54,611 nt of DNA from Clostridia bacterium (lineage in GTDB: Bacteria; Bacillota; Clostridia; CAKSNL01; HGM11501): the NCBI GenBank assembly GCA_045545475.1, contig JAZQAZ010000048.1, positions 1 through 54,611 of the forward strand, read 5' to 3'. Below are positions 1 to 9,282 of the stretch, in pieces (the stretch's first letter is position 1; each line of letters begins with the position of its first letter). Made by a program: the position numbers and the translations under genes. The notes under the pieces are model-generated. The model had not been told where the DNA came from, ran no database searches, and worked only from the letters and a program-made list of their open reading frames with translations.

Positions 1-260
1 TGCGAAGCGAGGTTTTGCGAGCGTAAAAATGCGAAAAGCCGGAGTGAGCGAGGAGCGAATGCTAAGGAGCGACGAGAACAGCGGGGGCGAAGCATTTTAG
101 CGAGTGAAACACGATGTTATCAAAATGCAAATAGCATTTTGCACAAATTCATTGAAAAGTTTTTGCGCAGTCAGGTTGTAAAAACGAAAAGCTCGGCGAA
201 TAGCCGAGCCGTTTTTATAACTAAACAATCAAAACCCTAACAGGGTTTTGTGCAGTAAAG
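1..260 (+). repeat. Structured REP/MITE-like element (same family as 33430-33843 and 34919-35160), truncated by window start
   Basis: Shares modules with the other loci: TCAAAATGC-N5-GCATTTTG (120-141 vs 35115-35136), GGC-GAATA-GCC loop hairpin (168-222 vs 35060-35107), and ATCAAAACCC-N5-GGGTTTTGTGCA (228-254; reverse complement resembles 33430-33455). Confidence 0.75.
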
Positions 261-303
261 CTAGAGAGAGTGCTTTGGCGGGAAAAATAAATTGTTGCAT
301 AAG

Positions 304-390
304 GAGATTCTTCGTTTCACTCAGAAAGACAGGATGTGTAAGTGTCATTCTGACGACGGCGTTTTTATAAAACGCCTACGGAAGAATCTC
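304..390. repeat. REP-like branched inverted repeat
   Basis: GAGATTCTTC (304-313) pairs with GAAGAATCTC (381-390); inner arms TCAGAAAGACA/TGTCATTCTGA (321-353) and GGCGTTTT/AAAACGCC (358-376). Confidence 0.6.
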
Positions 391-440
391 TTATCTTGAC
401 CGTAGCCCTTTTTCGTGCTACAATACCGGAAGGTGATAAT

Positions 441-998
441 ATGTCTGTCGAAAAGATTTACTTAAACGGCGTTGAAACAGAATATGAACTTGTGCGAAAA
501 AATGTTAAAAATGTAAACCTTCGTGTAAAAGGGGACGGCATGATTTATGTTTCTGCAAACCGTTTTACAAGCAAAAAATTCATCGAGGATTTTATTCGGA
601 AAAATTCTGATTTCATACTACGGGCGAGAGAAAGACAGAAGGAAAGAAGAAATAAGGTAAACACGGAGCATTTTTCGGAAGACGAGCTTAAAAACTTTAT
701 CTTAAATTTCTGCAAAGAGATTTATCCTTATTACGAAAAAAGGGGCATTGCATTCCCTTTAATTAAATTTCGCAAAATGAAAACTATGTGGGGAAACTGC
801 CGTAAAGAGAGAAGAATATTGACCTTTAACTTAAACCTTAAATATGCACCGAAAATGTGCGTGGAATATGTAGTATATCACGAATTTACTCACTTTTTCG
901 TATCGGGTCACGGCAAGGATTTTTACTATGAGCTTTCAAAGGTCTGCCACGACTGGAAAGAACAAAGAAGTAAGCTAAAAGAAATAACCTTAGGGTGA
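441..998 (+). CDS. YgjP/DUF45-like zinc metalloprotease (M48-like)
   Basis: HEFTH zinc motif, MKTMWGNC and FNLNL segments typical of DUF45; ATG 441 with RBS GGAAGGTG chosen over the TTG at 396. Confidence 0.85.
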   Translation: MSVEKIYLNGVETEYELVRKNVKNVNLRVKGDGMIYVSANRFTSKKFIEDFIRKNSDFILRARERQKERRNKVNTEHFSEDELKNFILNFCKEIYPYYEKRGIAFPLIKFRKMKTMWGNCRKERRILTFNLNLKYAPKMCVEYVVYHEFTHFFVSGHGKDFYYELSKVCHDWKEQRSKLKEITLG

Positions 999-1003
999 TT
1001 AAT

Positions 1004-1378
1004 ATGTTTATAACAGCGGCTGAACGTAAAGGAACTTATTATTTTGAATTTCACTATTGTAAATACGAAAATCCGGTATACGACGGTAAAACAAATTGGA
1101 TAATCGTCGAACATTGGGCAGAAGATTCGCTTTTGATGAAAGCTGATGATTTTGATGAGTTTCTCGAAAAGTATTATAAAAGCGTATTGGACGGTGCATT
1201 GCTCCCGAACGGAGATACGGGATTTGATTATTGCGGAGTTAATTATTATGATGCCGATAAAACCGTTGAATTTTTGAAAAAGGCTGAACCTTTGCTTGAA
1301 GAGAAATATAGTCAACTCATCCCTTGGCTCAGTGAAGCCGTAAAAAGAAAGATAGGGTTTTACATATTGGGTTTATAA
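1004..1378 (+). CDS. Hypothetical protein
   Basis: ORF directly after the DUF45 gene; ATG 1004 with AGGGTG RBS (GTG 995 is the alternative); followed by terminator. Confidence 0.75.
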   Translation: MFITAAERKGTYYFEFHYCKYENPVYDGKTNWIIVEHWAEDSLLMKADDFDEFLEKYYKSVLDGALLPNGDTGFDYCGVNYYDADKTVEFLKKAEPLLEEKYSQLIPWLSEAVKRKIGFYILGL

Positions 1379-1385
1379 CATTAAA

Positions 1386-1417
1386 ATAAAAATGAGTTGC
1401 AATGCAACTCATTTTTT
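1386..1417. terminator. Bidirectional intrinsic terminator
   Basis: AATGAGTTGCA-A-TGCAACTCATT with A/T tracts on both sides, between convergent genes. Confidence 0.8.
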
Positions 1418-2143
1418 GTATTCCGACGGGCATTTTCCTGTGAATTTTTTAAAAGCGGTGGAAAAGTTTTTCTCATTTTCATATCCTGACATTTCGGAAA
1501 CCGTTCTGACCGAATAATATCCCGTTTCAAGAAGCTTTTTTGCCCGTTCAAAGCGAAGGCTTTTAATATAGGCGGAGGGGGAAGTTTTAAGATGTTTTGA
1601 AAAAAGCATACGAAGATATGCCTGGCTTACGGAAAGGCTTTCGGAAAGTGCTTCTATGGAAAAAGAGGAATCAAAGCTTTTGACATCCATTATATCTATG
1701 GCTTTGGATAATATTGGCGGAAGGCTTTCTGTATTTTTAGTTAAAAACAAATTGAGTATTTCATAAATTACGGAAAGGCACAGAAAGTGAGCGTTTTCGC
1801 CTCCCGAGGTGTAAAGGCTGTATGCCTTTTTGAAAAGCTCACCTGCTATTTTGGAATCCTTTGGAGTAAGTGCGGTGAGGTCGGGAAAAAGATCGGCATT
1901 TACCTTGAAGTGAATGGCGATAATTTCGTCTTCGGTTTCGCTTTCCTGGCTGTAAAAAATGTTTTCAGGCACATACAAAATGTCATTTTCGGAAACGTGC
2001 ACGTTTTTTCCGTTGCGGTAAAAAACGGCGTTACCTTTTGTTCTGAAGCTTAAAACCGAAAAGTCCCTGGGAGATGTGAAAAAAGCTTCTTTCCTGCGTC
2101 TGTTTATAAAAACGCCTGAAAAGGATTTTACATAAATATCCAT
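1409..2143 (-). CDS. AraC family transcriptional regulator
   Basis: C-terminal double HTH (SIEALSESLSVSQAYLRMLF...GYENEKNFSTAFKKFTGKCPSEY); ATG 2143 with AAAGGTG RBS; divergent from the GH13 gene. Confidence 0.9.
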   Translation of the reverse strand: MDIYVKSFSGVFINRRRKEAFFTSPRDFSVLSFRTKGNAVFYRNGKNVHVSENDILYVPENIFYSQESETEDEIIAIHFKVNADLFPDLTALTPKDSKIAGELFKKAYSLYTSGGENAHFLCLSVIYEILNLFLTKNTESLPPILSKAIDIMDVKSFDSSFSIEALSESLSVSQAYLRMLFSKHLKTSPSAYIKSLRFERAKKLLETGYYSVRTVSEMSGYENEKNFSTAFKKFTGKCPSEYKK

Positions 2144-2300
2144 AAGCTTCACCTTTCGCAAAATGAAATATATATACATAATATCACGGAAAAAACGATT
2201 CGTCAAGTTGCGAAATTCAAACCTTTATAGCGATATGAGGGATTGAAAAGAACAATTTTATATTATATAATCAAGATATAAATATGAAAGGGTGATTTTT

Positions 2301-3596
2301 ATGAACAGTATGATTATTTATCAGCTTTCTTTCAGAGCCATGACACCGGAAGGAACAATAAATGCGGCGGCAAAAATGCTTCCCTACATTAAAAGCCTCG
2401 GCGTAACCTGGGTTTATATCGCCCCGGTCTGGAAGTCGGACGATTCTATGGATGAATCCTCCTGGAGCCCGAGACAGAGAAACTCCGGTTGCGGCAACCC
2501 CAAAAACCCCTATAAAATGGTGGACTATTTCAACGTGGACGAAGAATACGGCACCAACGAAGACCTTTTGGCATTCGTGGCTGAGGCACACAGGATAGGC
2601 CTTAAGGTTATGTTTGACCTTGTATATCTCCACTGCGGAGTAAATGCGGTATTTATCAAGGACCATCCCGACTGGGTGCTTCAGAATGAGGACGGAACGC
2701 CCCTGGTTGGCGAAACCTGGCCCTTTGCAAGAATAAACTATGACAATTACGATGTGAGAGAGTATCTCTACACCAATATGGAAACCTTTGTAAGAGACTA
2801 CGGATGCGATGGATTCCGTTGTGACGTGGGCGATTGCATCTGCATGGACTTCTGGGCAGAGGGAAGAAAGAGGGTTCACGCCATAAACAAAAATGTCATC
2901 TTCCTTGACGAGGGAATGAAGCCTGACTATGTAAATAGTGGGGTTTTCGATCTTCAGTACAGATGCCTTGCTTTTGGCGGCAGAGGCTGGAGAAGGCTTA
3001 TGGAAGCGGAAAACAAAACGGAGGAATTTAAGATAAACGAGGCATATTCCGCAAAGGCTGGCTATAAGCACGTTAACCTTTTTGAAAATCACGACCACGC
3101 ATCGGACAACGAGCGTCTTGATAATGTCTTTACGCCCGAGCAGACCGAGTGCTGTTATTTCCTTATGTACACAGTTCCCGGTGTTCCCTTTATATGGAAC
3201 GGCAACGAAATTGCGGACAAGGCGGAGCAGTGTATGTTCTCAAACCGCTTTTACGGAAAGCGAATCGGCATTAACTGGTCAAATGCTCTTCGTGAAGAGG
3301 GAATGGACAGAATGGAGTTTATCGAAGAGATTAACGCCATGAGAAAAGACTATCCCATGCTTTTCGATGCGGATATGAAAATTACAAGCAAGAATAAAAG
3401 CAGTTTAATCACATTTGAAAGAACAAAGGGAGATAAAAAAATCCTTGTGCTTGTAAACCTTTCCGATAAAAAGGCAAAGTATGAAAAAGACTTTTTAAGC
3501 TTTGCAACTGAAATTTCCGGAAGAAGATATGACTTTGAGGGAACAAAGGTAACCCTTGACGGCTTTGGCTTCTGCGCCCTTGAGTTAAAGAGATAA
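2301..3596 (+). CDS. GH13 alpha-amylase family glycosidase (no signal peptide)
   Basis: Conserved regions DLVYLH, GFRCDVG (nucleophile), FLDEG (acid/base), FENHD. Confidence 0.9.
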   Translation: MNSMIIYQLSFRAMTPEGTINAAAKMLPYIKSLGVTWVYIAPVWKSDDSMDESSWSPRQRNSGCGNPKNPYKMVDYFNVDEEYGTNEDLLAFVAEAHRIGLKVMFDLVYLHCGVNAVFIKDHPDWVLQNEDGTPLVGETWPFARINYDNYDVREYLYTNMETFVRDYGCDGFRCDVGDCICMDFWAEGRKRVHAINKNVIFLDEGMKPDYVNSGVFDLQYRCLAFGGRGWRRLMEAENKTEEFKINEAYSAKAGYKHVNLFENHDHASDNERLDNVFTPEQTECCYFLMYTVPGVPFIWNGNEIADKAEQCMFSNRFYGKRIGINWSNALREEGMDRMEFIEEINAMRKDYPMLFDADMKITSKNKSSLITFERTKGDKKILVLVNLSDKKAKYEKDFLSFATEISGRRYDFEGTKVTLDGFGFCALELKR

Positions 3597-3599
3597 AAT

Positions 3600-3634
3600 A
3601 AAATCAGGCATTGACAAGCAATGCCTGATTTTTT
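3600..3634 (+). terminator. Intrinsic terminator
   Basis: AAATCAGGCATTG-ACAAG-CAATGCCTGATTT followed by T tract. Confidence 0.85.
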
Positions 3635-3887
3635 ATTTCTCCCGGTTCTGGATAAGTATTGATGGGTAAAAGGATAAAAAGGTGCATATAAAATTATTTA
3701 TACGTTTATAGTATGCACCTTATCATATGTGTATTTAGTTCGCCAAATTGGGATGTGTCGAATAAATAAATGGCAGATGGAAAAAACTATCTGCCATTTC
3801 GAAATCTGTAATTATTTATTATCAAAGCTTGGATTAAACACCTAAAAGTTCTTTGAGTTCAGTCTGTCATAAAGAAGACGCAAGCCT

Positions 3888-4340
3888 TTAAATACTATTT
3901 CCTTCAGTGCTATTGGTAAGATATTCGTGATTTTGATAAATTATAAGATAATACCTGAATTCGATAGATTCTGTCCTATTGTATATTCCATGGTCATGAG
4001 AATCCATATATGTATATGTTACTGTTTCTTTTTCTAAATAGGCTGTTCCAAATTTTATGAGTCTGTTTTTTTCGTCCAATACTGCGATAATAACACCATC
4101 ATAAACATAGACTTTTTGAAGTTCACATCTTGAAAGTTCGAAATTTGTTTCGAACTCGTTGCAACGGACGGGCTTACTCTTAACCAGAACGTCAACATCA
4201 TGAGTAACTTTTCTTATAAATATACAGTTACATTGCTGTTCAATAGTCAATTTTTTCAAACGATTTATATATTCTTCTGGGATACTGTTTAACGATTCTC
4301 TTTCTGCATCTGTTAAAATTTTTAATTCAACTATTTCCAT
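3888..4340 (-). CDS. AT-rich hypothetical protein
   Basis: 150-aa ORF with AAGAGG RBS; visibly lower GC than its flanks; no recognisable motif. Confidence 0.65.
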   Translation of the reverse strand: MEIVELKILTDAERESLNSIPEEYINRLKKLTIEQQCNCIFIRKVTHDVDVLVKSKPVRCNEFETNFELSRCELQKVYVYDGVIIAVLDEKNRLIKFGTAYLEKETVTYTYMDSHDHGIYNRTESIEFRYYLIIYQNHEYLTNSTEGNSI

Positions 4341-4670
4341 TTGTTTTAAACCTCTTTCCGCTTATATAGACTTAAAAATTAGTAAAATGTTCTGGTTTTA
4401 AATACAATTATGCCGCATTATGAGAAAATTGTCACTGCCCTTATAATATTTTTAGTATCAAAAGGGAACGGTCTACATTTCAATTTTTGGAATTCTGTTT
4501 TTTTATGGCACAGCTTTTATCAGCATGTCAAGGGACATATTAACTTTGCCGTTTTATAACCTCTACAAAAACATTTACACTTAATCGTATGTTTTTCTGT
4601 AGTCATAAAATGGTTTTATGCATATTAACTAGTAATTTTTGGGGAAATTACGTATCTGGAAATGGGAGCT

Positions 4671-5591
4671 TTATTTTAAGAATCCGTTTATAATCTGCTC
4701 TTCGGCTTCTGCTTCGGAAAGACCTAAGGTCATAAGCTTTGTAAGCTGTTCGCCTGCAATTTTTCCGATTGCCGCCTCGTGAATAAGAGAAGCGTCAATG
4801 TTGTTTGCGGTAAGTGAAGGAACTGCAACAACCTTTGCATTGTCCATAATAATAGCGTCGCACTCGGTGTGGCCGGTGCAGGGACCGTTTCCGATGATTT
4901 CTGAATCAAACTTTTGATAGGAATTATCCTTTGCAACGGAACGGGAAACAACGTCGGCAGATGCACCTTCGCCGTTAAGCTCGACAACATAGTCGCTTAT
5001 GGCTGTCTGCTCACCGTGAGTCATAAGTCTCTCCCTTACAAGAAGACGGGAATTTGAAGCCATCTTAACCGTGGACTTACGAACCGTTGAGTCAACACCC
5101 TTGATCTGAACCATTTCCATTTCAAGGCTTGAGCCCTCCGCCATTTCTACTTCGGTTACGGGATTGAAAACTCTTTTGCCGTTTCCATCCCCGTCTCCGT
5201 AGTGCTTTTCCACATATTTAACGTGGGCACCTTCTTCCAAAAAGAAGCGGTGTATACCATCGTGGGTAGAATCCTGATCGCCGCAGTTGTGAATTCCGCA
5301 ACCTGCGATGATTACAACATCGGCATCCTTGCCAACGTGAAAGTCGTTGTAAACGGTCTCCTTGATGCCGCTTTCGCTGATGATTACGGGGATATGAACA
5401 CTTTCCTTTTTTGTGCCTTCCTTTATATAAATGTCAATTCCGCTGACGTCGGTTTTATTAACTATGTCAATGTTAGCGGTGGTGTTTCTCGCCTCCATCT
5501 CGCCGTTTGCACGGATGTTGTATGCACCCTCGGGGATTTCGTGAAGGTCAGCAACCTCAAGAAGTATATTTTTCTTTATAGCGTCAAGCAT
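4671..5591 (-). CDS. SufB/SufD family Fe-S scaffold protein (SmsB-like)
   Basis: Beta-helix composition, GHTECDAII and LIHEAAIGKIAGEQLTKLMTLGL motifs; overlaps the upstream sufC. Confidence 0.9.
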   Translation of the reverse strand: MLDAIKKNILLEVADLHEIPEGAYNIRANGEMEARNTTANIDIVNKTDVSGIDIYIKEGTKKESVHIPVIISESGIKETVYNDFHVGKDADVVIIAGCGIHNCGDQDSTHDGIHRFFLEEGAHVKYVEKHYGDGDGNGKRVFNPVTEVEMAEGSSLEMEMVQIKGVDSTVRKSTVKMASNSRLLVRERLMTHGEQTAISDYVVELNGEGASADVVSRSVAKDNSYQKFDSEIIGNGPCTGHTECDAIIMDNAKVVAVPSLTANNIDASLIHEAAIGKIAGEQLTKLMTLGLSEAEAEEQIINGFLK

Positions 5592-6330
5592 TATTAGCTC
5601 CCCCTTCCTCTAAGCGCTCGCAGAAGGAGCGGTCGGCAACCTTTAATATTTCGGAGAGTACCTCGCCGGAGTTGCCGCGTTTTTCAACCTTACCGTCCGC
5701 AACAACGATGATTTCATCCGCAATATTAAGTATTCTTTCCTGATGGGAAATGATTAAAATAGTGCCATCTTTAATGTTCTTTCTCATTCTTTCGAAAACG
5801 CCGATTAAGTTTTTAAAGCTCCAAAGGTCAATTCCTGCTTCAGGCTCGTCAAAAATGGAAAGCTTTGTGCCGCGGGCAAGAACGGATGCAATTTCGATTC
5901 TTTTAAGCTCACCGCCCGACAAACTTGCATTTATCTCACGCTTTATATAATCCTTCGCGCAAAGTCCCACGGCGGAAAGATATTCGCAGGCGTCGGACAC
6001 GGAAAGATTACGCTTTGCACAAAGACGCATAAGGTCAAGCACATCAATTCCCTTAAAGCGGACGGGCTGCTGAAAAGCAAAGCTTATTCCCATATTGGCA
6101 CGCTCGGATATGCTTTTTTCTGTAACATCCACACCGTCAAAGAAAATTTTACCGCCTGTCGGCTTTTCAATGCCCATAATGAGCTTTGCAAGGGTGGATT
6201 TACCGCCGCCGTTGGGGCCCGTTATTACGGCAAACTTTCCGTCATCTATTGTTAAGTTTATGTTGTCTATTATTTTTTTTGTTGCACTGCCGTCATTTAC
6301 TTCAAAGGACAGATTTTTAAGTTCAAGCAT
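5584..6330 (-). CDS. sufC: SufC-like ABC ATPase (SmsC-like)
   Basis: Walker A GPNGGGKST, signature LSGGELKR, IFDEPEAGID; coupled to SufBD gene. Confidence 0.85.
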   Translation of the reverse strand: MLELKNLSFEVNDGSATKKIIDNINLTIDDGKFAVITGPNGGGKSTLAKLIMGIEKPTGGKIFFDGVDVTEKSISERANMGISFAFQQPVRFKGIDVLDLMRLCAKRNLSVSDACEYLSAVGLCAKDYIKREINASLSGGELKRIEIASVLARGTKLSIFDEPEAGIDLWSFKNLIGVFERMRKNIKDGTILIISHQERILNIADEIIVVADGKVEKRGNSGEVLSEILKVADRSFCERLEEGGANNA

Positions 6331-6426
6331 AGACATTTCCTTTCTCTGGGGTATTACCAAAGGGTATTTTAATATAATTCCCTTTAAGAAAATAAGTATA
6401 CCATATTATGTAGAATTTTGCAAGTG

Positions 6427-9168
6427 TTAATCAGTATAAATTCCCGTTTCGATGAAGCAATAGCTTTTGTGCCGCTCGGTTTTTCCCGGTTTAAAGGGAT
6501 GATAGTCCTCATAAAAGCTCTGAGGCTCGATTAAATCGGGCTCGCCTGCAACTAAATGGTGGGGACCTAAAAGGTTACGAAGGGAATTCGAAAGGGTTAT
6601 TTCAATTTCGTTTTCATCCTTCTTTATAAAGGGCGAAAGGTCGGCTTTATCGTAGTTGAAAATAAAATCCTTTGCCTTTTTGCCGTTTACCTTCACCTCG
6701 GCTACACTTATGCCCTTCTTTGAAATGGAAAGCGAAAGGGAATTATCTTCCGCATCAAAGGTGTTTTTAACTGTTATCTTACCTGCAAAGAAGGGAAAAC
6801 CCTGCTGTTCTATATGAGATAAGCTTATCTTTTCGGGGAAGGGGGTAAGAATGAAGGGGCCTTTTGTCCTTACGGCATTATTTGGTAGAGACTCATAACC
6901 GGATTCGCTCATTACCGCAAAGTCACCGACGATGTAAATTGCTTCCGTTTCCGTGTCAAACTTAATCTTGTTTTTCTCCGCCTCAAATTCCTTTGAACGC
7001 TCAATCTGCTCTAATACCTCGTCCGATTGGGTAAGGCGGAATTTTACGGAAATTATGTTTTCGCCCTTTACAATAAAGGGTGCTATGTCAATCAAAGATA
7101 CCGAGCGGTCAAAAAACGTGTCTTCCGCCTTTTTGGAAATAATTTTCCCGTTTATCTTAATTTCGTCCATTTTATCCAGATCTTCAATTCCCGCAAAGAT
7201 GTTTTCTGGAAGAAAATCTGTTTTAAAGCGAAAAATAAGCTCTGTAAGAGGCTCTTTTTTGAGGTTAAGTGCCTTTCCCAAAATGTTTAATACGTATTCG
7301 TTTTCCGCAATCAATTCCCCGTCAAAGTAACAATCACAATAATCCAAAGTTATTGCATTTGGCGAATGTGCAACTATATCCCAGTTTTTATCTGAAAGTG
7401 TCAGCTTTTTTGATGGAATGGGGAGTGTGGGACGGGAAATGTCATCTTTTTCGATTAAAATTATGCTCTCAAATGGAGCAAAGGTGTAAGTGCCGTCAAA
7501 ATCAGACAGCGTTCCGTCCGTCAGGGATAATATAAGATTTCCTTTTTTTAATGTATGGCTTACGGTATCGGGGGTGGAGTTTACGAAATAGTGTGCCGTA
7601 AAGTCAGTAAAGCGGCGGTAAGTGTATGAGAGGGGGCCTTCTTCTGTTATATCATTTGCGGGAAGGTCATTGGCACGAACGATTTTTCCGCCCTGATTTT
7701 TAAATTTCTCAATTAAAGCTTTTACCTTGGGAAGGTGGAAATCGCCCTTTGGCAGGATGATGGTATGATAGCTTTGCTTTCCTATGTGTATAAGACCGCC
7801 TTCTACCCTTGCTTCGTTTTCCATAATAAGCTCGTCACCCATATCAAAGGGGATATGCTTGTCTTCCAGGGTTTTTATGTCTTTTAGGAAAGCACCCTGA
7901 ATTTCATAAACCTTTTCGTTTTTTGCATTATCAAATTCTGCCCAACAAGAAACGATTGGGTGAAGCAGTAAAACTCCGAAATCGGTTTTGCCCTCGGATA
8001 GGATTTTTCCTATTCTTCCCACGGTTTCGGTAAAGATGTGATACTTGTCCCACCAGGGCTGATTGAAATATATCTGCGGGGGATAGTCACGTTTACGAAG
8101 TCCCCTCATTGAATAGTGCTGGGTGTGGGGGCAAAGTAGTGTTACGCCACGAACAGCCTGCCATTCGTAAAGAGCCTTGTAGGAATCAAAATCCATTCCC
8201 TGGCCGGATGCGGCATAGGTTTCGGAAATTACCTCTTTGCATCCCGTCTGATGTGCTACGGAAGAAACCTGAAGTGCGGAAAGCACGTGTCCTCCCGGCA
8301 CCTTCTTTTTGGTTAAAAGGTCGCTTCCGGGGATGTGCATATAGCGGTACTGAGCCATTATGGAGCCGGAGGCTTTTATCTGGCTTGGGAAATCCTCCTC
8401 TAAAAGATAGTGGCCGGTAAATATGTAGCCGTATTTTTCGCACCAGTCATAGATTCTCTTGGTATAGTTTTGAGAAAACAGCTTTGCGATAAGGCGCCAG
8501 TATTGTATTTTTATCTCTTTTGAGTTTTCTCTTTCAAAAAACAGTGCCGGAAGATGGGGCGTCAGGGAAAAGCCGTATTCTTTTTCAAATTCGGATAGGA
8601 GAATAAGGCTATAGGGAAGACCGCCCTCACGCATAAGCTGAGGCTCATCTGTGAAAAAGCCTAAAATTTTATTTCCGAAGCGCTTTCTGTAAGGCTCGTA
8701 GGCAAATTCGATAAACTTGTCCGTAACTTCGGGATCTAATAGATCGGAATAGTGAGTGTTTTCCTTATAATAAAAGTGTAAACCGTCAACATTTGCAACG
8801 GTGGTATCCGTTTCTTTTTCTCCCTCTTCACATAAAAGCTGTTTCTGGGTGTATTTTCTGCCGAGGGAGGGCACTTTGCCGTCAGCAAAGCCCGAGGGCC
8901 AGCCGTTTTCGTCATAGGCAAAGGGTAAAAGTGAGCAATCATTGGCTTCGGATGCAGCATAACCGATATTAGTAAGCCATTCTTCGCCCATGTATTCATG
9001 TTCGAGTCCGCCACGGGCGTGAAGGAAAAATCCGCCGAGACCTTCCTTTTTCATAATTCTTACCTGGCGGCGAGTTTCCTCTTCTGTGAGAAAATCATTA
9101 AGGGTCCAGAAGGGGCGGGGACGGTAGGTGTTTTCAACTGTCTCAAAGTCAAATTCCGAAAAGTTCAT
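6427..9168 (-). CDS. Large glycoside hydrolase, GH106 (alpha-L-rhamnosidase)-like
   Basis: Motifs RPRPFW, GLGGFFLHARGGL, YDENGWPSG, GFFTDEP, SET; C-terminal beta-sandwich; no signal peptide. Family assignment from motif memory only. Confidence 0.7.
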   Translation of the reverse strand: MNFSEFDFETVENTYRPRPFWTLNDFLTEEETRRQVRIMKKEGLGGFFLHARGGLEHEYMGEEWLTNIGYAASEANDCSLLPFAYDENGWPSGFADGKVPSLGRKYTQKQLLCEEGEKETDTTVANVDGLHFYYKENTHYSDLLDPEVTDKFIEFAYEPYRKRFGNKILGFFTDEPQLMREGGLPYSLILLSEFEKEYGFSLTPHLPALFFERENSKEIKIQYWRLIAKLFSQNYTKRIYDWCEKYGYIFTGHYLLEEDFPSQIKASGSIMAQYRYMHIPGSDLLTKKKVPGGHVLSALQVSSVAHQTGCKEVISETYAASGQGMDFDSYKALYEWQAVRGVTLLCPHTQHYSMRGLRKRDYPPQIYFNQPWWDKYHIFTETVGRIGKILSEGKTDFGVLLLHPIVSCWAEFDNAKNEKVYEIQGAFLKDIKTLEDKHIPFDMGDELIMENEARVEGGLIHIGKQSYHTIILPKGDFHLPKVKALIEKFKNQGGKIVRANDLPANDITEEGPLSYTYRRFTDFTAHYFVNSTPDTVSHTLKKGNLILSLTDGTLSDFDGTYTFAPFESIILIEKDDISRPTLPIPSKKLTLSDKNWDIVAHSPNAITLDYCDCYFDGELIAENEYVLNILGKALNLKKEPLTELIFRFKTDFLPENIFAGIEDLDKMDEIKINGKIISKKAEDTFFDRSVSLIDIAPFIVKGENIISVKFRLTQSDEVLEQIERSKEFEAEKNKIKFDTETEAIYIVGDFAVMSESGYESLPNNAVRTKGPFILTPFPEKISLSHIEQQGFPFFAGKITVKNTFDAEDNSLSLSISKKGISVAEVKVNGKKAKDFIFNYDKADLSPFIKKDENEIEITLSNSLRNLLGPHHLVAGEPDLIEPQSFYEDYHPFKPGKTERHKSYCFIETGIYTD

Positions 9169-9194
9169 AAAAACACATCCTTTCAATCAATACG

Positions 9195-9252
9195 ATTATA
9201 AAGGATAAAAAGTGCACTGTCAAGTTGACAATTTTATAAATTTGTATATAAT
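9195..9252. promoter_or_regulatory. Back-to-back consensus sigma-A promoters
   Basis: Minus: TTGACA (9223-9218)-17-TATAAT (9200-9195). Plus: TTGACA (9225-9230)-16-TATAAT (9247-9252). Confidence 0.8.
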
Positions 9253-9282
9253 AATAGGGAAGAAATCAAGGGAGGAATTACC

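Noticed and set aside
2271-3098. Long antisense ORFs such as 2271-3098, 45583-46176 and 15773-16348
   Set aside because: They are shadow frames of well-supported genes on the opposite strand, with no motifs.
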